In this document: piece by piece, positions 16,725 through 25,546 of the stretch
Numbering within the stretch: position 1 is the first letter of the stretch
Layout: the number at the start of each line of letters is the position of its first letter
NCBI GenBank assembly: GCA_043732185.1
Contig: JAYTHY010000084.1
Location: 1 to 29,352 of the forward strand
Origin: Fibrobacteria bacterium
Lineage (GTDB): Bacteria; Fibrobacterota; Fibrobacteria; UBA11236
DNA: 29,352 bases
Direction: 5' to 3'
The notes under the pieces: generated by a model
Databases searched by the model: none
What the model saw: only the letters and a program-made list of their open reading frames with translations
Told to the model about the DNA's origin: nothing
Made by a program: the position numbers and the translations under genes

Positions 16725-17911
16725 TTGGATTCCCAACCTAGGGCTAATGCTTTTGCCACACATTTTGAAATGCCGATGGCACTGAAATCCGAAGGCATAA
16801 AACATTCCAGTAAAGCGGATCGAAAGCTTAAAAACATTTCTGCCTTGGCTGATGCCGCCATCGCCAGCAAAGCCAATTGGTTGGCGAGTAGCTCTGGCGC
16901 TAATCCTACAGGCAAAGTGCCATAGTTTATGCGATCCTGAATGGCAGCCAAGGCATAGGCGGCCCCGGAAACTTGCGGCTCATGCAGCAAGGCTTGAAAG
17001 TTTGCGGCAATTAAGACACCCTCTTTTTCGTTAAGCTGCTCACGAATTTCCAAAAGCAACTGGGTTTCCGTCACTCCGAATCGACCTAAAGCATGAATCA
17101 AATGTCTGGTCCGTGAAGGCTCCAAACCATTTTGCCATTTCAATGCTTCCCGAATGGAATCCATAACGGCTTTTGCGAGTATTTCACCGAGCTTGGTGTG
17201 TTTGCCCGCCCAGGTTTTGGGTTTTCGATTTGGAGATTCGCCTTCACTTACCATAAATAGTGGTTCCATAGGCGCTGCGATGCAGTACTGATCCGTTCCC
17301 GTCCCCGTTGCCAGATGCTCAGAATATCGACTCCCCACCGCCAATTCAGTGAGCACCGCCGATTTGGCTTCATTTATCATACCAGCGGCGCTTGCAAATG
17401 CGGCCGGTGATAACTGGCAATTGAATAACACGATTGTGTTTATAGTTCCTGGAGTGGCATGCACCGACTGGTATCCCTTTTCGCCTTCATACCACGCCGC
17501 AACATCACCTGCTCTGCCGGCATTGCCTTGTACTCCTGCTGTTGTTATCGCCCAAACTGTCAGCTCTTGGAAGGATTCCGATTGAATGGATGCATACTGC
17601 ATATTCGCGGCCGTACCCATCAGCGCGGCATGTTCCGGTGCCACTCCAATTTCCCTGCATATGGCATTGTGATAGTCTCTAGAATCCAATTTATGGATAT
17701 CCGGGTCCCGGGTCGTCTGGCCTTTTCCTTCACAACTTTGGTGGTTAATCAAATAGTTTATCGTGTCAATTTGTCCGCCATTCACTTGGGAGGTGGAAAA
17801 CACGCGATGCGCTTTTAAAAACTGCACGGAGATAAAACGCCCCCATCGCTCAATGGAAAAGCCCTCGGACTTAAGCATGGGGATAACATGGGAATTAGGT
17901 GAATTTTGCAT
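16715..17911 (-). CDS. cbiZ: Adenosylcobinamide amidohydrolase CbiZ (long form)
   Basis: STSQVNGG, LINHQSCE, MGTAANM, TAGVQGNAGRAGD, PGTINTI, EAKSAVL, ATGTGTDQ and AGKHTKLGE motifs; coupled to cbiB. Confidence 0.88.
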   Translation of the reverse strand: MQNSPNSHVIPMLKSEGFSIERWGRFISVQFLKAHRVFSTSQVNGGQIDTINYLINHQSCEGKGQTTRDPDIHKLDSRDYHNAICREIGVAPEHAALMGTAANMQYASIQSESFQELTVWAITTAGVQGNAGRAGDVAAWYEGEKGYQSVHATPGTINTIVLFNCQLSPAAFASAAGMINEAKSAVLTELAVGSRYSEHLATGTGTDQYCIAAPMEPLFMVSEGESPNRKPKTWAGKHTKLGEILAKAVMDSIREALKWQNGLEPSRTRHLIHALGRFGVTETQLLLEIREQLNEKEGVLIAANFQALLHEPQVSGAAYALAAIQDRINYGTLPVGLAPELLANQLALLAMAASAKAEMFLSFRSALLECFMPSDFSAIGISKCVAKALALGWESKWK

Positions 17912-17961
17912 TTGCGAAAATTTAATACCTCAATTGGATAGTATTACTAGTTTCTTCTCCG

Positions 17962-18182
17962 CTCATAGGAAGTTCGCGTAATTGCGGACATAACGAGGAA
18001 TCCCGTGTAAATCGGGAGCGAGCTCGTCGCTGTAAGCGGTTAAAGCCTCCGGGGCCCATTTTTAATGGGCCAACCACGGTCCGAATAGGATTGGAAGGTC
18101 GGATGCGCTGAGAACGATGCGTTAGGGGTATCTATCCCTGAATTATTGATTCTCGAACTGCAAGCCAGAAGACTCACCTAGG
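17962..18182 (+). ncRNA. Cobalamin (B12) riboswitch
   Basis: AACGAGGAA-TCCCG-TGTAAAT-CGGGA (T-loop hairpin), GCGA-GCTCG-TCGC-TGTAA, CCAC...GGAAGG, and B12 box AAGCCAGAAGAC (18162-18173); directly upstream of a TonB receptor/ABC operon and beside cbiZ-cbiB. Confidence 0.88.
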
Positions 18183-18249
18183 GGTTTTTAACTGCTCGAA
18201 AGAGCGACTTCCTAACCGTGGCCTAGCCCCGCGGTTGAAAGAGTGAGAG

Positions 18250-20253
18250 ATGTTTGCCTTCCTGAGTCGCGCCTGTATTGGCTTTTCCACCCTAGTGGGC
18301 CTCTCCATAGCCATTGCCGCTGTACCCGATACGCTTGAGCTATCCAAAAAAGAAATCCATAACAACTCCAACGATTTCCGTTTAAGGGCTGGGCAAAGCG
18401 AAATTGAGATCCAGTCCGATGCGTGGCAAGGCCGCGCTATTTCTTTACCTGACATTTTAGCGGAGCAAGCGGGAATTGAGACCCGTCGATATGGCGGTCT
18501 AGGCAGTTTTCAAACGGCTTCTATTCGCGGTGCCTCCGGCTCCAGGCTTTTGGTTTTTCTCGATGGTGTGCCCATGAATTCAGCTGGGGGTGGCGCTGTG
18601 GATTTGGGGAAAATTAACCTGGACGGATTGGAACGCATCGAAATTCGGAAAGGTATGGTCCCGGCAAATGAAGGTGGGAATGGAATGGGTGGTGTCGTTC
18701 ATCTCTACTCCAAGCTTGGGCAGCGAAACGCGGAGGTTACCCTTGGCGGGGGAAGCTTCGGCCTAAAACGCGGTGCAATTTCTGGGGGTTCCTCGAACGC
18801 GAAGGGTTCCCTGCTGGGAAATCTGGCATGGATACAGGCTAAAAATGATTTTGGGTATCTGGATCGGAATCACACAGCCTATAACTTGGAGGATGATCAT
18901 TGGACTAAGCGCCAGAACAGCGCCTACCAGTCACTGGATGCCCATACGCAGGCGAGTTTCAATCTTACATCTCGACAAGCTATTCGCTTTAAAATGGGAG
19001 CGTCAAAGAATTTCGGAGGTCTTCCGGGTGATGAAAGCGCCGTGACCCATACGGCTGGTTTTTCGAATGCCCTTTACCAGTATTTACTCAGGTGGGAAGC
19101 ACATGAGCCCTCGGATCAAAATCAGTATTCCGCGGAAGTTTCCATCGACGAGGAGACCCCAGAATTTCATTGGACAAAAGCGGATCCCATTGGCTTGAGT
19201 TTAGGAAGCGACACAACGACCATTAAAAACAGAAGCTCGCGTTCACAGGTTCGACTAAATGGAGACGTCACTTGGCCCCTGTCTTTAGCTTGGGATATGG
19301 AATCAGTCTTTCTGCTGACCCTGGGGCAGGAAAATTTAAAGCCCGTGCCTGATAAAAATGCAGCAGCAAATCCTGATCGGAATAACCGTCGTCGACAAGG
19401 GGCGCTGGCAGCGGATTTTACCTTGGAAAAAGATGCGTACTTGCAATTTACAGTGGGCACCAACAACGAATGGATAGTTGACCGAACCCTGGCTGGCAGC
19501 ACATATTACGGAGACACCTTGCTTGCGCGGGAAACGGGCGAGTGGCACACATCAGGGAAGATTGGAGTCTTGTGGACGGCTCGGCCCAGCCTTGCGCTTT
19601 TCCTCAATATCGGAAAGTTTTATCACCTGCCTAGCCTCGGGGACCGATTTGGCGGACGTTGGGGGTTGGTTCCCAATCCAAATTTACATGAAGAAACGGG
19701 AATCAACTTCGAAAGCGGAATGCGTCACAAGTGGAAGAGCGGGTATCTAGAGGCGTGTGCATTTAGAAATCAGATTAAGGATGCCATTCTCTATATCCAT
19801 TCCCTCAATCTAGTCAAGGCCATCAATTTAGATGCGACTAGGACTCAAGGACTGGAAGTTACTTTAGACCAATCCCTACCTTTTGGATCAAGCGCTGCCT
19901 ATAACGCAACCTTCCGATCTTCCGAAAACCAAAGTCAAACTTATTACGCAGGCTTTACCTTACCTGACGCACCACTCTACCACCATCATTTAAAAACTCG
20001 AATTCCATTTTTGCACAAATATAGCCTGGAACAGGCTTGGGAATACCGTACAAGTCTCTTTCGAGATCCCGCAAATTTGCAGCGGATCCCGGCGCAAAAC
20101 CTGCTCCATATTTCCCTGAAATGGACGCCCATTAAACGAATGGAATTGGATGTCAGCCTTCAAAATATTACGGACACGTATTATGAAGACGCCTATTCTG
20201 CCTTTCCCTATCCAGGTCGAAATCTAACCATGTCTTTTACCGTGAAAATTTAA
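18250..20253 (+). CDS. btuB: TonB-dependent cobalamin receptor
   Basis: Signal peptide; TonB-box-like DTLEL; plug motifs SIRGASGSRLLVFLDGVP and ERIEIRKG; barrel motifs PNPNLHEETG and LQNITDTYY...PGRN. Substrate is inferred from the riboswitch. Confidence 0.85.
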   Translation: MFAFLSRACIGFSTLVGLSIAIAAVPDTLELSKKEIHNNSNDFRLRAGQSEIEIQSDAWQGRAISLPDILAEQAGIETRRYGGLGSFQTASIRGASGSRLLVFLDGVPMNSAGGGAVDLGKINLDGLERIEIRKGMVPANEGGNGMGGVVHLYSKLGQRNAEVTLGGGSFGLKRGAISGGSSNAKGSLLGNLAWIQAKNDFGYLDRNHTAYNLEDDHWTKRQNSAYQSLDAHTQASFNLTSRQAIRFKMGASKNFGGLPGDESAVTHTAGFSNALYQYLLRWEAHEPSDQNQYSAEVSIDEETPEFHWTKADPIGLSLGSDTTTIKNRSSRSQVRLNGDVTWPLSLAWDMESVFLLTLGQENLKPVPDKNAAANPDRNNRRRQGALAADFTLEKDAYLQFTVGTNNEWIVDRTLAGSTYYGDTLLARETGEWHTSGKIGVLWTARPSLALFLNIGKFYHLPSLGDRFGGRWGLVPNPNLHEETGINFESGMRHKWKSGYLEACAFRNQIKDAILYIHSLNLVKAINLDATRTQGLEVTLDQSLPFGSSAAYNATFRSSENQSQTYYAGFTLPDAPLYHHHLKTRIPFLHKYSLEQAWEYRTSLFRDPANLQRIPAQNLLHISLKWTPIKRMELDVSLQNITDTYYEDAYSAFPYPGRNLTMSFTVKI

Positions 20254-20287
20254 AACCATTAACCCAATCACTCTTAAGGAATCCATT

Positions 20288-21388
20288 ATGCATTTATTAA
20301 AATCGTTTATTTACCGGCTCGGCTTACTCGTTGCCTTACTCTCACTCACATCCTGTTTAACCAATAATTCCCTGAAGCAAAATAATGTGAAAGGCTCTGC
20401 GCTATTCGTAATCGTTTCGGATTATAAGTCTGGCGCCCTGCGCTCTCTGACTTTAGATTCTTTAAAAGCTGGCCCGGACTCCCTTCAAGTATACCAAGAC
20501 AGCCGCGTTCTTGAATCCGACGGCGCAATTTATGTGTTGGAACAATTCGGTGCTGATAATATTTTGAAATACGATCCCACCAATGGTAAGGTCGTCTATC
20601 AAAAACATCTAGGGGACCGCTGGAATCCCTCGGACCTCATTGCCTGGAAAGGCGGAATCGGTTTTATAACTTTAGAGAATCACCCTGTTCTATTAAAGTT
20701 CGACCTCGAAAAAGGCACCGTACTAGATTCATTGAATATTGCAGCATTCTCACATAAAGGAGATTCCGGTACGGCCAGCAGCCCCAATGCCGAAGCCATG
20801 GCCATCAATGGCGATTTACTGTATATCGCTTTGCAAAGACGCAACAAGGCCTCGCAACTTCCCGGTGGAAACTCGATGGTTTTGGTGGTAAAAATGTCCA
20901 CGTTTACCTTGGTGGACTCCCTTGTCGCTCCCGGTAAAAATGCGAATGATATGTGGATTGATGGAAATAATCTTTACCTTTCCTGCCCTAATGGCATGGA
21001 TAGTTTAAATGATGGCGCGCTGTATAGCTGGAATCTGACAAGCAAGGCCATCACCACCCTAATTACCGAGGCCAAATTGGGCGGTCACATGAATGCTATC
21101 GCCTGTGATTTGAAGGCACAATGTGCTGCAACCATTTATCGCGGATGGGGCGATGTTCAAGTCCGCCGGTTCAATCTATCCAGTGGTATCCCGGATGCAG
21201 ATTTTCTACCGGGTATCACGGATGCATTTGGAGGCATCGCTGTGGATCCCGCCACAGGGAATATATACGTAGGAGAGCGTAAAACAGATGGTTCCGGAGT
21301 CCTACTGTTTAACTCCCAAGGCAAAAAAATATTAGGTCCAAAATCGACTGGCTTACCCCCTTCTTCGCTTTCAGTCGTCCGATTTTAA
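20288..21388 (+). CDS. Beta-propeller lipoprotein (YncE/BtuG-like)
   Basis: AAGGA Shine-Dalgarno; lipobox LTSC; blade-like repeats (PNAEAMAINGDLLYIALQR, NANDMWIDGNNLYLSC, GGIAVDPATGNIYVGE, STGLPPSSL). Confidence 0.72.
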   Translation: MHLLKSFIYRLGLLVALLSLTSCLTNNSLKQNNVKGSALFVIVSDYKSGALRSLTLDSLKAGPDSLQVYQDSRVLESDGAIYVLEQFGADNILKYDPTNGKVVYQKHLGDRWNPSDLIAWKGGIGFITLENHPVLLKFDLEKGTVLDSLNIAAFSHKGDSGTASSPNAEAMAINGDLLYIALQRRNKASQLPGGNSMVLVVKMSTFTLVDSLVAPGKNANDMWIDGNNLYLSCPNGMDSLNDGALYSWNLTSKAITTLITEAKLGGHMNAIACDLKAQCAATIYRGWGDVQVRRFNLSSGIPDADFLPGITDAFGGIAVDPATGNIYVGERKTDGSGVLLFNSQGKKILGPKSTGLPPSSLSVVRF

Positions 21389-21394
21389 GGATGT

Positions 21395-22537
21395 ATGCCG
21401 AATAAAATTTTTGAGGCGCGGAGCGGAATCAAGAGAATGATGAAGCTAGTGATTGGATTCCTGTTATGGGTTCATCAGGCCAATGCAAATCCACAGTTGG
21501 CGAAAAACTTTTCCCTGGATTCCTCTCAAGGCGTGCTATGGTTAAGGGTTTTACCAACCCAGGCTAAAAAGCCTTTTGAATCTTTTGCGCTTTGCCCGGA
21601 GGGAAAATGTCCCTCCGCATTGCCGAAAAATACGGCGACGCTTTCCATTCCAATCCGCAGGGCCGTTTGTCTCGCCTCCGCTCACCTTGGCTTTCTATCC
21701 GTCTTAGACCTTCGCTCCCGGGTAGTGGGAGTGGGGCAATCCAATTATGTGTGCGATTCTATTTTGAGAAGGATGGGAAAAACAGGAAAGTGGAAAGCCG
21801 TAGGTTCAGAAGATAATTTGGATTGGGAAACTATTGTCTCTCTGCATCCGGATGTGATTTTTTATTCGGCACCACCGGGAAGTCAATCCAAAATTGCGGC
21901 CAAAGCAAAAGCCTTGAATCTGAATATTCTCCCCACAGCCGAATGGTTGGAAAACGATCCCTTAGGGAGAGCAGAGTGGCTTAAAGTGTATGGCGTTCTC
22001 TTTGGGGTTAAAACCAAAGCGGACTCACTCTATGCCGCCACAGCGCATGCCTACGATTCCCTTCGTGCCAATGCTCGTATCCAAAAATCTCCCCGAATCA
22101 AAGCCATGGTTGGTTTGGGCTGGCGCGGAACCTGGTATGTTTCCGGAGGGAAAAGCTATGCGGCGCAGTTCCTTCGTGACGCTGGAATCCAGTACCTGTG
22201 GGAAGACGATGAACATACCGGTTCGCTTCCTTTATCCTTGGAAACAGTATTGGCACGTGGCCGTAACGCCGACATTTGGATCAACCCGGAAGGCATGGCC
22301 TCGCTCTCCGCTCTCCTACAAAAGGAACCGCGTGCGAATTCATTTAAAGCCTTTCAATCTCGGCGCGTCTACCAAAATGATGCACGTCGTAATCCTGAGG
22401 GTGGTAATGAATATTGGGAATCGGCTGTAGCTCAGCCTCATTTGATCTTGTCCGACTTGATTGCCGTGTCACAAGGTCGATTGGATTCTGTGCCTGGAAA
22501 TTATTACCGGCGTCTACCGGAAAATACTACTCCATGA
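21395..22537 (+). CDS. btuF: Cobalamin ABC transporter substrate-binding protein
   Basis: Class III SBP motifs IPIRRAVCLAS, ETIVSLHPDVI, EWLENDPLGRAEWLK, SYAAQFLRDAG, NEYWESAVAQPHLILSDLI. Start may be ATG 21437. Confidence 0.82.
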   Translation: MPNKIFEARSGIKRMMKLVIGFLLWVHQANANPQLAKNFSLDSSQGVLWLRVLPTQAKKPFESFALCPEGKCPSALPKNTATLSIPIRRAVCLASAHLGFLSVLDLRSRVVGVGQSNYVCDSILRRMGKTGKWKAVGSEDNLDWETIVSLHPDVIFYSAPPGSQSKIAAKAKALNLNILPTAEWLENDPLGRAEWLKVYGVLFGVKTKADSLYAATAHAYDSLRANARIQKSPRIKAMVGLGWRGTWYVSGGKSYAAQFLRDAGIQYLWEDDEHTGSLPLSLETVLARGRNADIWINPEGMASLSALLQKEPRANSFKAFQSRRVYQNDARRNPEGGNEYWESAVAQPHLILSDLIAVSQGRLDSVPGNYYRRLPENTTP

Positions 22538-23535
22538 AATCCTTGTTCTTAGTGGTGGGCCTGGTACTGGCCATTCTGATTGACTTAAGGAGTGGATCGA
22601 CTTCCGTTGGATGGATGGAAATCCTAAAAGCCCTCGCCTCGGGTCCCGTGCATTGGGACGCGTCCAATGCCGTCGAAGTGGTTTGGCAACTTCGCCTGCC
22701 CAGAATAGTGGCTTCAATTTTAGCGGGTTCTGCTTTATCGGTGGCAGGGTTACAAATGCAAACCTTATTTCGAAATCCGCTGGCCGGACCTTCCGAGCTG
22801 GGATTGAGCGCTGGTGCGGGCTTGGGTGTCGCCGGATTCGTACTAATGGGTTGGCAAGGACCCGCCATACTCAACCAAGCGGGGCTATTGGGCGCAGCGG
22901 CATTGGGCGCTGTAGCCGTTATGCTTTTACTCATGGCGCTAGCACCGATTTTAAGAAGTTCGACAGCCCTTTTGCTTGCTGGCTTGCTGATCTCAAGCGC
23001 CTTGGGCGCCTGCATCGCTGCGTTACAGGCTTTTAGTGATGCCGAAGCGCTCCAGTCCTTTGTGCAATGGACGTTGGGCAGCGTCAGCGGGATTACCTGG
23101 AACCAGCTGGCTTTTATGGCTCCGATTTGTTTCTTAGGAATGTTCACATCCATCCTCAGCGCAAAATCCCTAAAGGCCCTGATGCTAGGCGAAGATGAGG
23201 CACGTTCCCTTGGCGCAAGAGTGAGTCTGGCCCGAATCGCCATTGCTTCCAATGCCAGTATCTTAGCTGCTACGGTCACCGCGTTCTGTGGACCCGTCGC
23301 CTTTATCGGACTGGCAACGCCTCATGTAGCTCGTTGGCTGATGGGTCGATCGGATCCTAGAATCCTCACCCCTATAGCTGCGAGTATAGGGGCTACACTT
23401 TTACTGCTTTGTGATGCCCTGTCACAAAAATTATTGCCGGGCCGGGTACTGCCCATAAATGTCGTCGTCTCGGCATTCGGCGCGCCTATGGTTTTATTTC
23501 TACTTCTTCGATTTCAAAAACGAGCGGAAGTATGA
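22534..23535 (+). CDS. btuC: Cobalamin ABC transporter permease (FecCD/BtuC family)
   Basis: LRLPRIV, GLQMQTLFRNPLAGP, LGEDEARSLG (EAA loop), GPVAFIGLATPH. Start ATG 22534 (ATGA overlap with btuF). Confidence 0.88.
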   Translation: MKSLFLVVGLVLAILIDLRSGSTSVGWMEILKALASGPVHWDASNAVEVVWQLRLPRIVASILAGSALSVAGLQMQTLFRNPLAGPSELGLSAGAGLGVAGFVLMGWQGPAILNQAGLLGAAALGAVAVMLLLMALAPILRSSTALLLAGLLISSALGACIAALQAFSDAEALQSFVQWTLGSVSGITWNQLAFMAPICFLGMFTSILSAKSLKALMLGEDEARSLGARVSLARIAIASNASILAATVTAFCGPVAFIGLATPHVARWLMGRSDPRILTPIAASIGATLLLLCDALSQKLLPGRVLPINVVVSAFGAPMVLFLLLRFQKRAEV

Positions 23536-24287
23536 CAGGGCTGATTTTGGAATCCAAGGGATTGAGCTTGGTCGCGGGAGAAAAAACTCTTTGTTCCCAA
23601 TTATATTTTTCCATTCCACAGGGAAGGTTGGTTGCGCTTTTAGGCCGAAACGGTTCCGGGAAAACCACATTATTAAAGAGTCTGGCAGGACTTCGGGATC
23701 CCGATATGGGGGAAATCCTATACGGTGGGCATTCTTTGAAGTCGCTGTCCGCAGGCCAGCGGGCGAGGCGAATCGCCTTATTGCTGGCCTCGCGCTCGGG
23801 AGACGAAACTTTGCGCGGCGCGGAATTTGTGGCTTTGGGCCGGTGGCCATTTACGCCCTGGCACGGTGGGTTGAATGAACTCGATTTCGCTTGTGTCCGG
23901 AAAGCCATGGAAGAAACTGAAACCTTGGCGCTTGAGAATCGGCGTCTCAATCAATTGAGCGATGGCGAAAAACAAAAATTGGGACTGGCTCGGGTTTTGG
24001 CGCAGCAGACTCCAATCCTACTTTTAGATGAACCCCTATCCCATTTAGACGCTCCATCCCAAATTCAAATGCTGGATTTGTTAAGGAAGAAAGCCAGTCA
24101 AGATGGAAAATCAATTCTCTTCTCCTGCCATGATTTAAACCTAGCCTTTCACGCCGCTCAAGACCTATTGGTTTTGCTGCCCGAGGGGAAGTGGAGGATG
24201 GGCAGCCCGGTAGAAGTTTTTGGCGACAAAGAATGCCGGGCCCATTTGGGAATGGATGCTGCGAAATGGTTAACGCCCGCGCAGTAG
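23532..24287 (+). CDS. btuD: Cobalamin ABC transporter ATPase
   Basis: GRNGSGKT, LSDGEKQK, LLLDEP, SCHDLN; ATGA overlap with btuC. Confidence 0.88.
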   Translation: MTGLILESKGLSLVAGEKTLCSQLYFSIPQGRLVALLGRNGSGKTTLLKSLAGLRDPDMGEILYGGHSLKSLSAGQRARRIALLLASRSGDETLRGAEFVALGRWPFTPWHGGLNELDFACVRKAMEETETLALENRRLNQLSDGEKQKLGLARVLAQQTPILLLDEPLSHLDAPSQIQMLDLLRKKASQDGKSILFSCHDLNLAFHAAQDLLVLLPEGKWRMGSPVEVFGDKECRAHLGMDAAKWLTPAQ

Positions 24288-24311
24288 GATTTTTACCCTG
24301 AGCCGAACGCT

Positions 24312-24331
24312 TCCCGTTTATGGGGTTTTTT
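24312..24331 (+). terminator. Possible weak intrinsic terminator after btuD
   Basis: TCCCG-TTTA-TGGGG hairpin with two G-U pairs, followed by T6. Confidence 0.3.
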
Positions 24332-24360
24332 GACGATTTTCCAGACTTGGAAGACTGAAC

Positions 24361-24390
24361 AAGGTCATTCAAGGGCAATCAAGGTCACTC
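24361..24390. repeat. Three tandem 10-bp repeats, AAGGKCANTC
   Basis: AAGGTCATTC / AAGGGCAATC / AAGGTCACTC, with an in-phase AAGGGC at 24401. Confidence 0.7.
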
Positions 24391-24466
24391 CGCTGAAAAC
24401 AAGGGCGGGTAGGACGGGTGGAATTGCTAACTTTTGGAGCCCGGTTTTTCGGGATCAGAAAGACCC

Positions 24467-25492
24467 ATGACCCAAGCGCCCTCCCCCTCTGTAATTGAAG
24501 CCGACTATGCCGTGAAACTGGGCATTTTCGAGGGCCCGCTGGACCTGCTCCTCTATCTCGTCCAGAAAAACGAACTCAATCCCCGCGAAATTTCCATTGC
24601 GACGATTACGGATCAATACCTGGTGTATATCGATGGCATCAAAGATATGGACCTGTCCATCGCTGGTGAATTCCTGGTAATGGCTGCCCGACTTATGCGA
24701 CTCAAGGCCCGGGAACTTTTGCCCGCCGACCAAAAAGATGAGCTGGAAGACATGGAATACGAACTGGACAGGCAAGCCCTGATCCAGCAAATGTTGGAAT
24801 ACCAGAAGTTCAAGGAAGCGGCCCGGGTTTTGCGCAACTTCGAGGGCAAGAATTTTGGGGCGTTCGGCCGAGGTCGTGATGACACCGGCGAGGAAAAGCC
24901 TGAAAGTGAAACCGAAGAAGAAGCGGGTATTTTCGACCTGCTCGTGGCCTTCCGAAGCGTCGTTTTATCGAAACCAAAAATCCCCGTTCATGAAGTCGAG
25001 ATCGACGACGTCACCATTGAAGATAAGATGCAGGAAGTGGAAATCGCCCTGCAGGAGCGGGGCCGCAGCCTCTTTGAGGATCTTTTCTCCCATGACACGC
25101 GCACCATCGCCCAAGTGGTGACATTCATGTCCATACTGGAATTGTGCAAGTTGGACCGCATTCTTTTCCGCCAAAGCCATGCTTTGGGGCCCATCTGGGT
25201 CTATCGCAAACAGCACAGCGCTGACTTTGCGTTGGAACTTAAAATAGAAGAAAACCAGATGGAGCCATTGCCGGAATTCAAACCCGGTTTGGTTGCTATC
25301 GTCCAGGCGCAAATTAAAGAGCGCGCCGTCAAGAATGCATTAGAGCAAGCCTTGCGCGAGTTGGAAATGGGACTCACCCCTGCCGACGATGCCAACGATG
25401 CCGAGGAGACTGTGACGTCTGAGGCGGCTGAGGCGTCTAGCAAGGAAGCGGAACCGGAAGTTCACACCGTTATACCCGAAGATGAATCCTAG
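24467..25492 (+). CDS. scpA: Segregation and condensation protein A (kleisin) with an acidic C-terminal extension
   Basis: FEGPLDLLLYLV, ITDQYL, AGEFLVMAARLMRLKARELLP, LEYQKFKEAA, VVTFMSILELCK. Start at ATG 24467. Confidence 0.93.
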   Translation: MTQAPSPSVIEADYAVKLGIFEGPLDLLLYLVQKNELNPREISIATITDQYLVYIDGIKDMDLSIAGEFLVMAARLMRLKARELLPADQKDELEDMEYELDRQALIQQMLEYQKFKEAARVLRNFEGKNFGAFGRGRDDTGEEKPESETEEEAGIFDLLVAFRSVVLSKPKIPVHEVEIDDVTIEDKMQEVEIALQERGRSLFEDLFSHDTRTIAQVVTFMSILELCKLDRILFRQSHALGPIWVYRKQHSADFALELKIEENQMEPLPEFKPGLVAIVQAQIKERAVKNALEQALRELEMGLTPADDANDAEETVTSEAAEASSKEAEPEVHTVIPEDES

Positions 25493-25546
25493 CTTCACCT
25501 CGCGCCCATCCCCAAAGTACTGGGCCTATTTGTTAACTTTATCCCT

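Noticed and set aside
20230..20253. TonB receptor ends in Ile rather than Phe
   Set aside because: The alternating hydrophobic last strand is retained and non-Phe termini occur; not evidence of pseudogenisation.
22527..23279. 250-aa antisense ORF opposite btuC (likewise 13279-13845 and 27802-28389)
   Set aside because: Shadow ORFs of well-supported genes, with no recognisable motifs.
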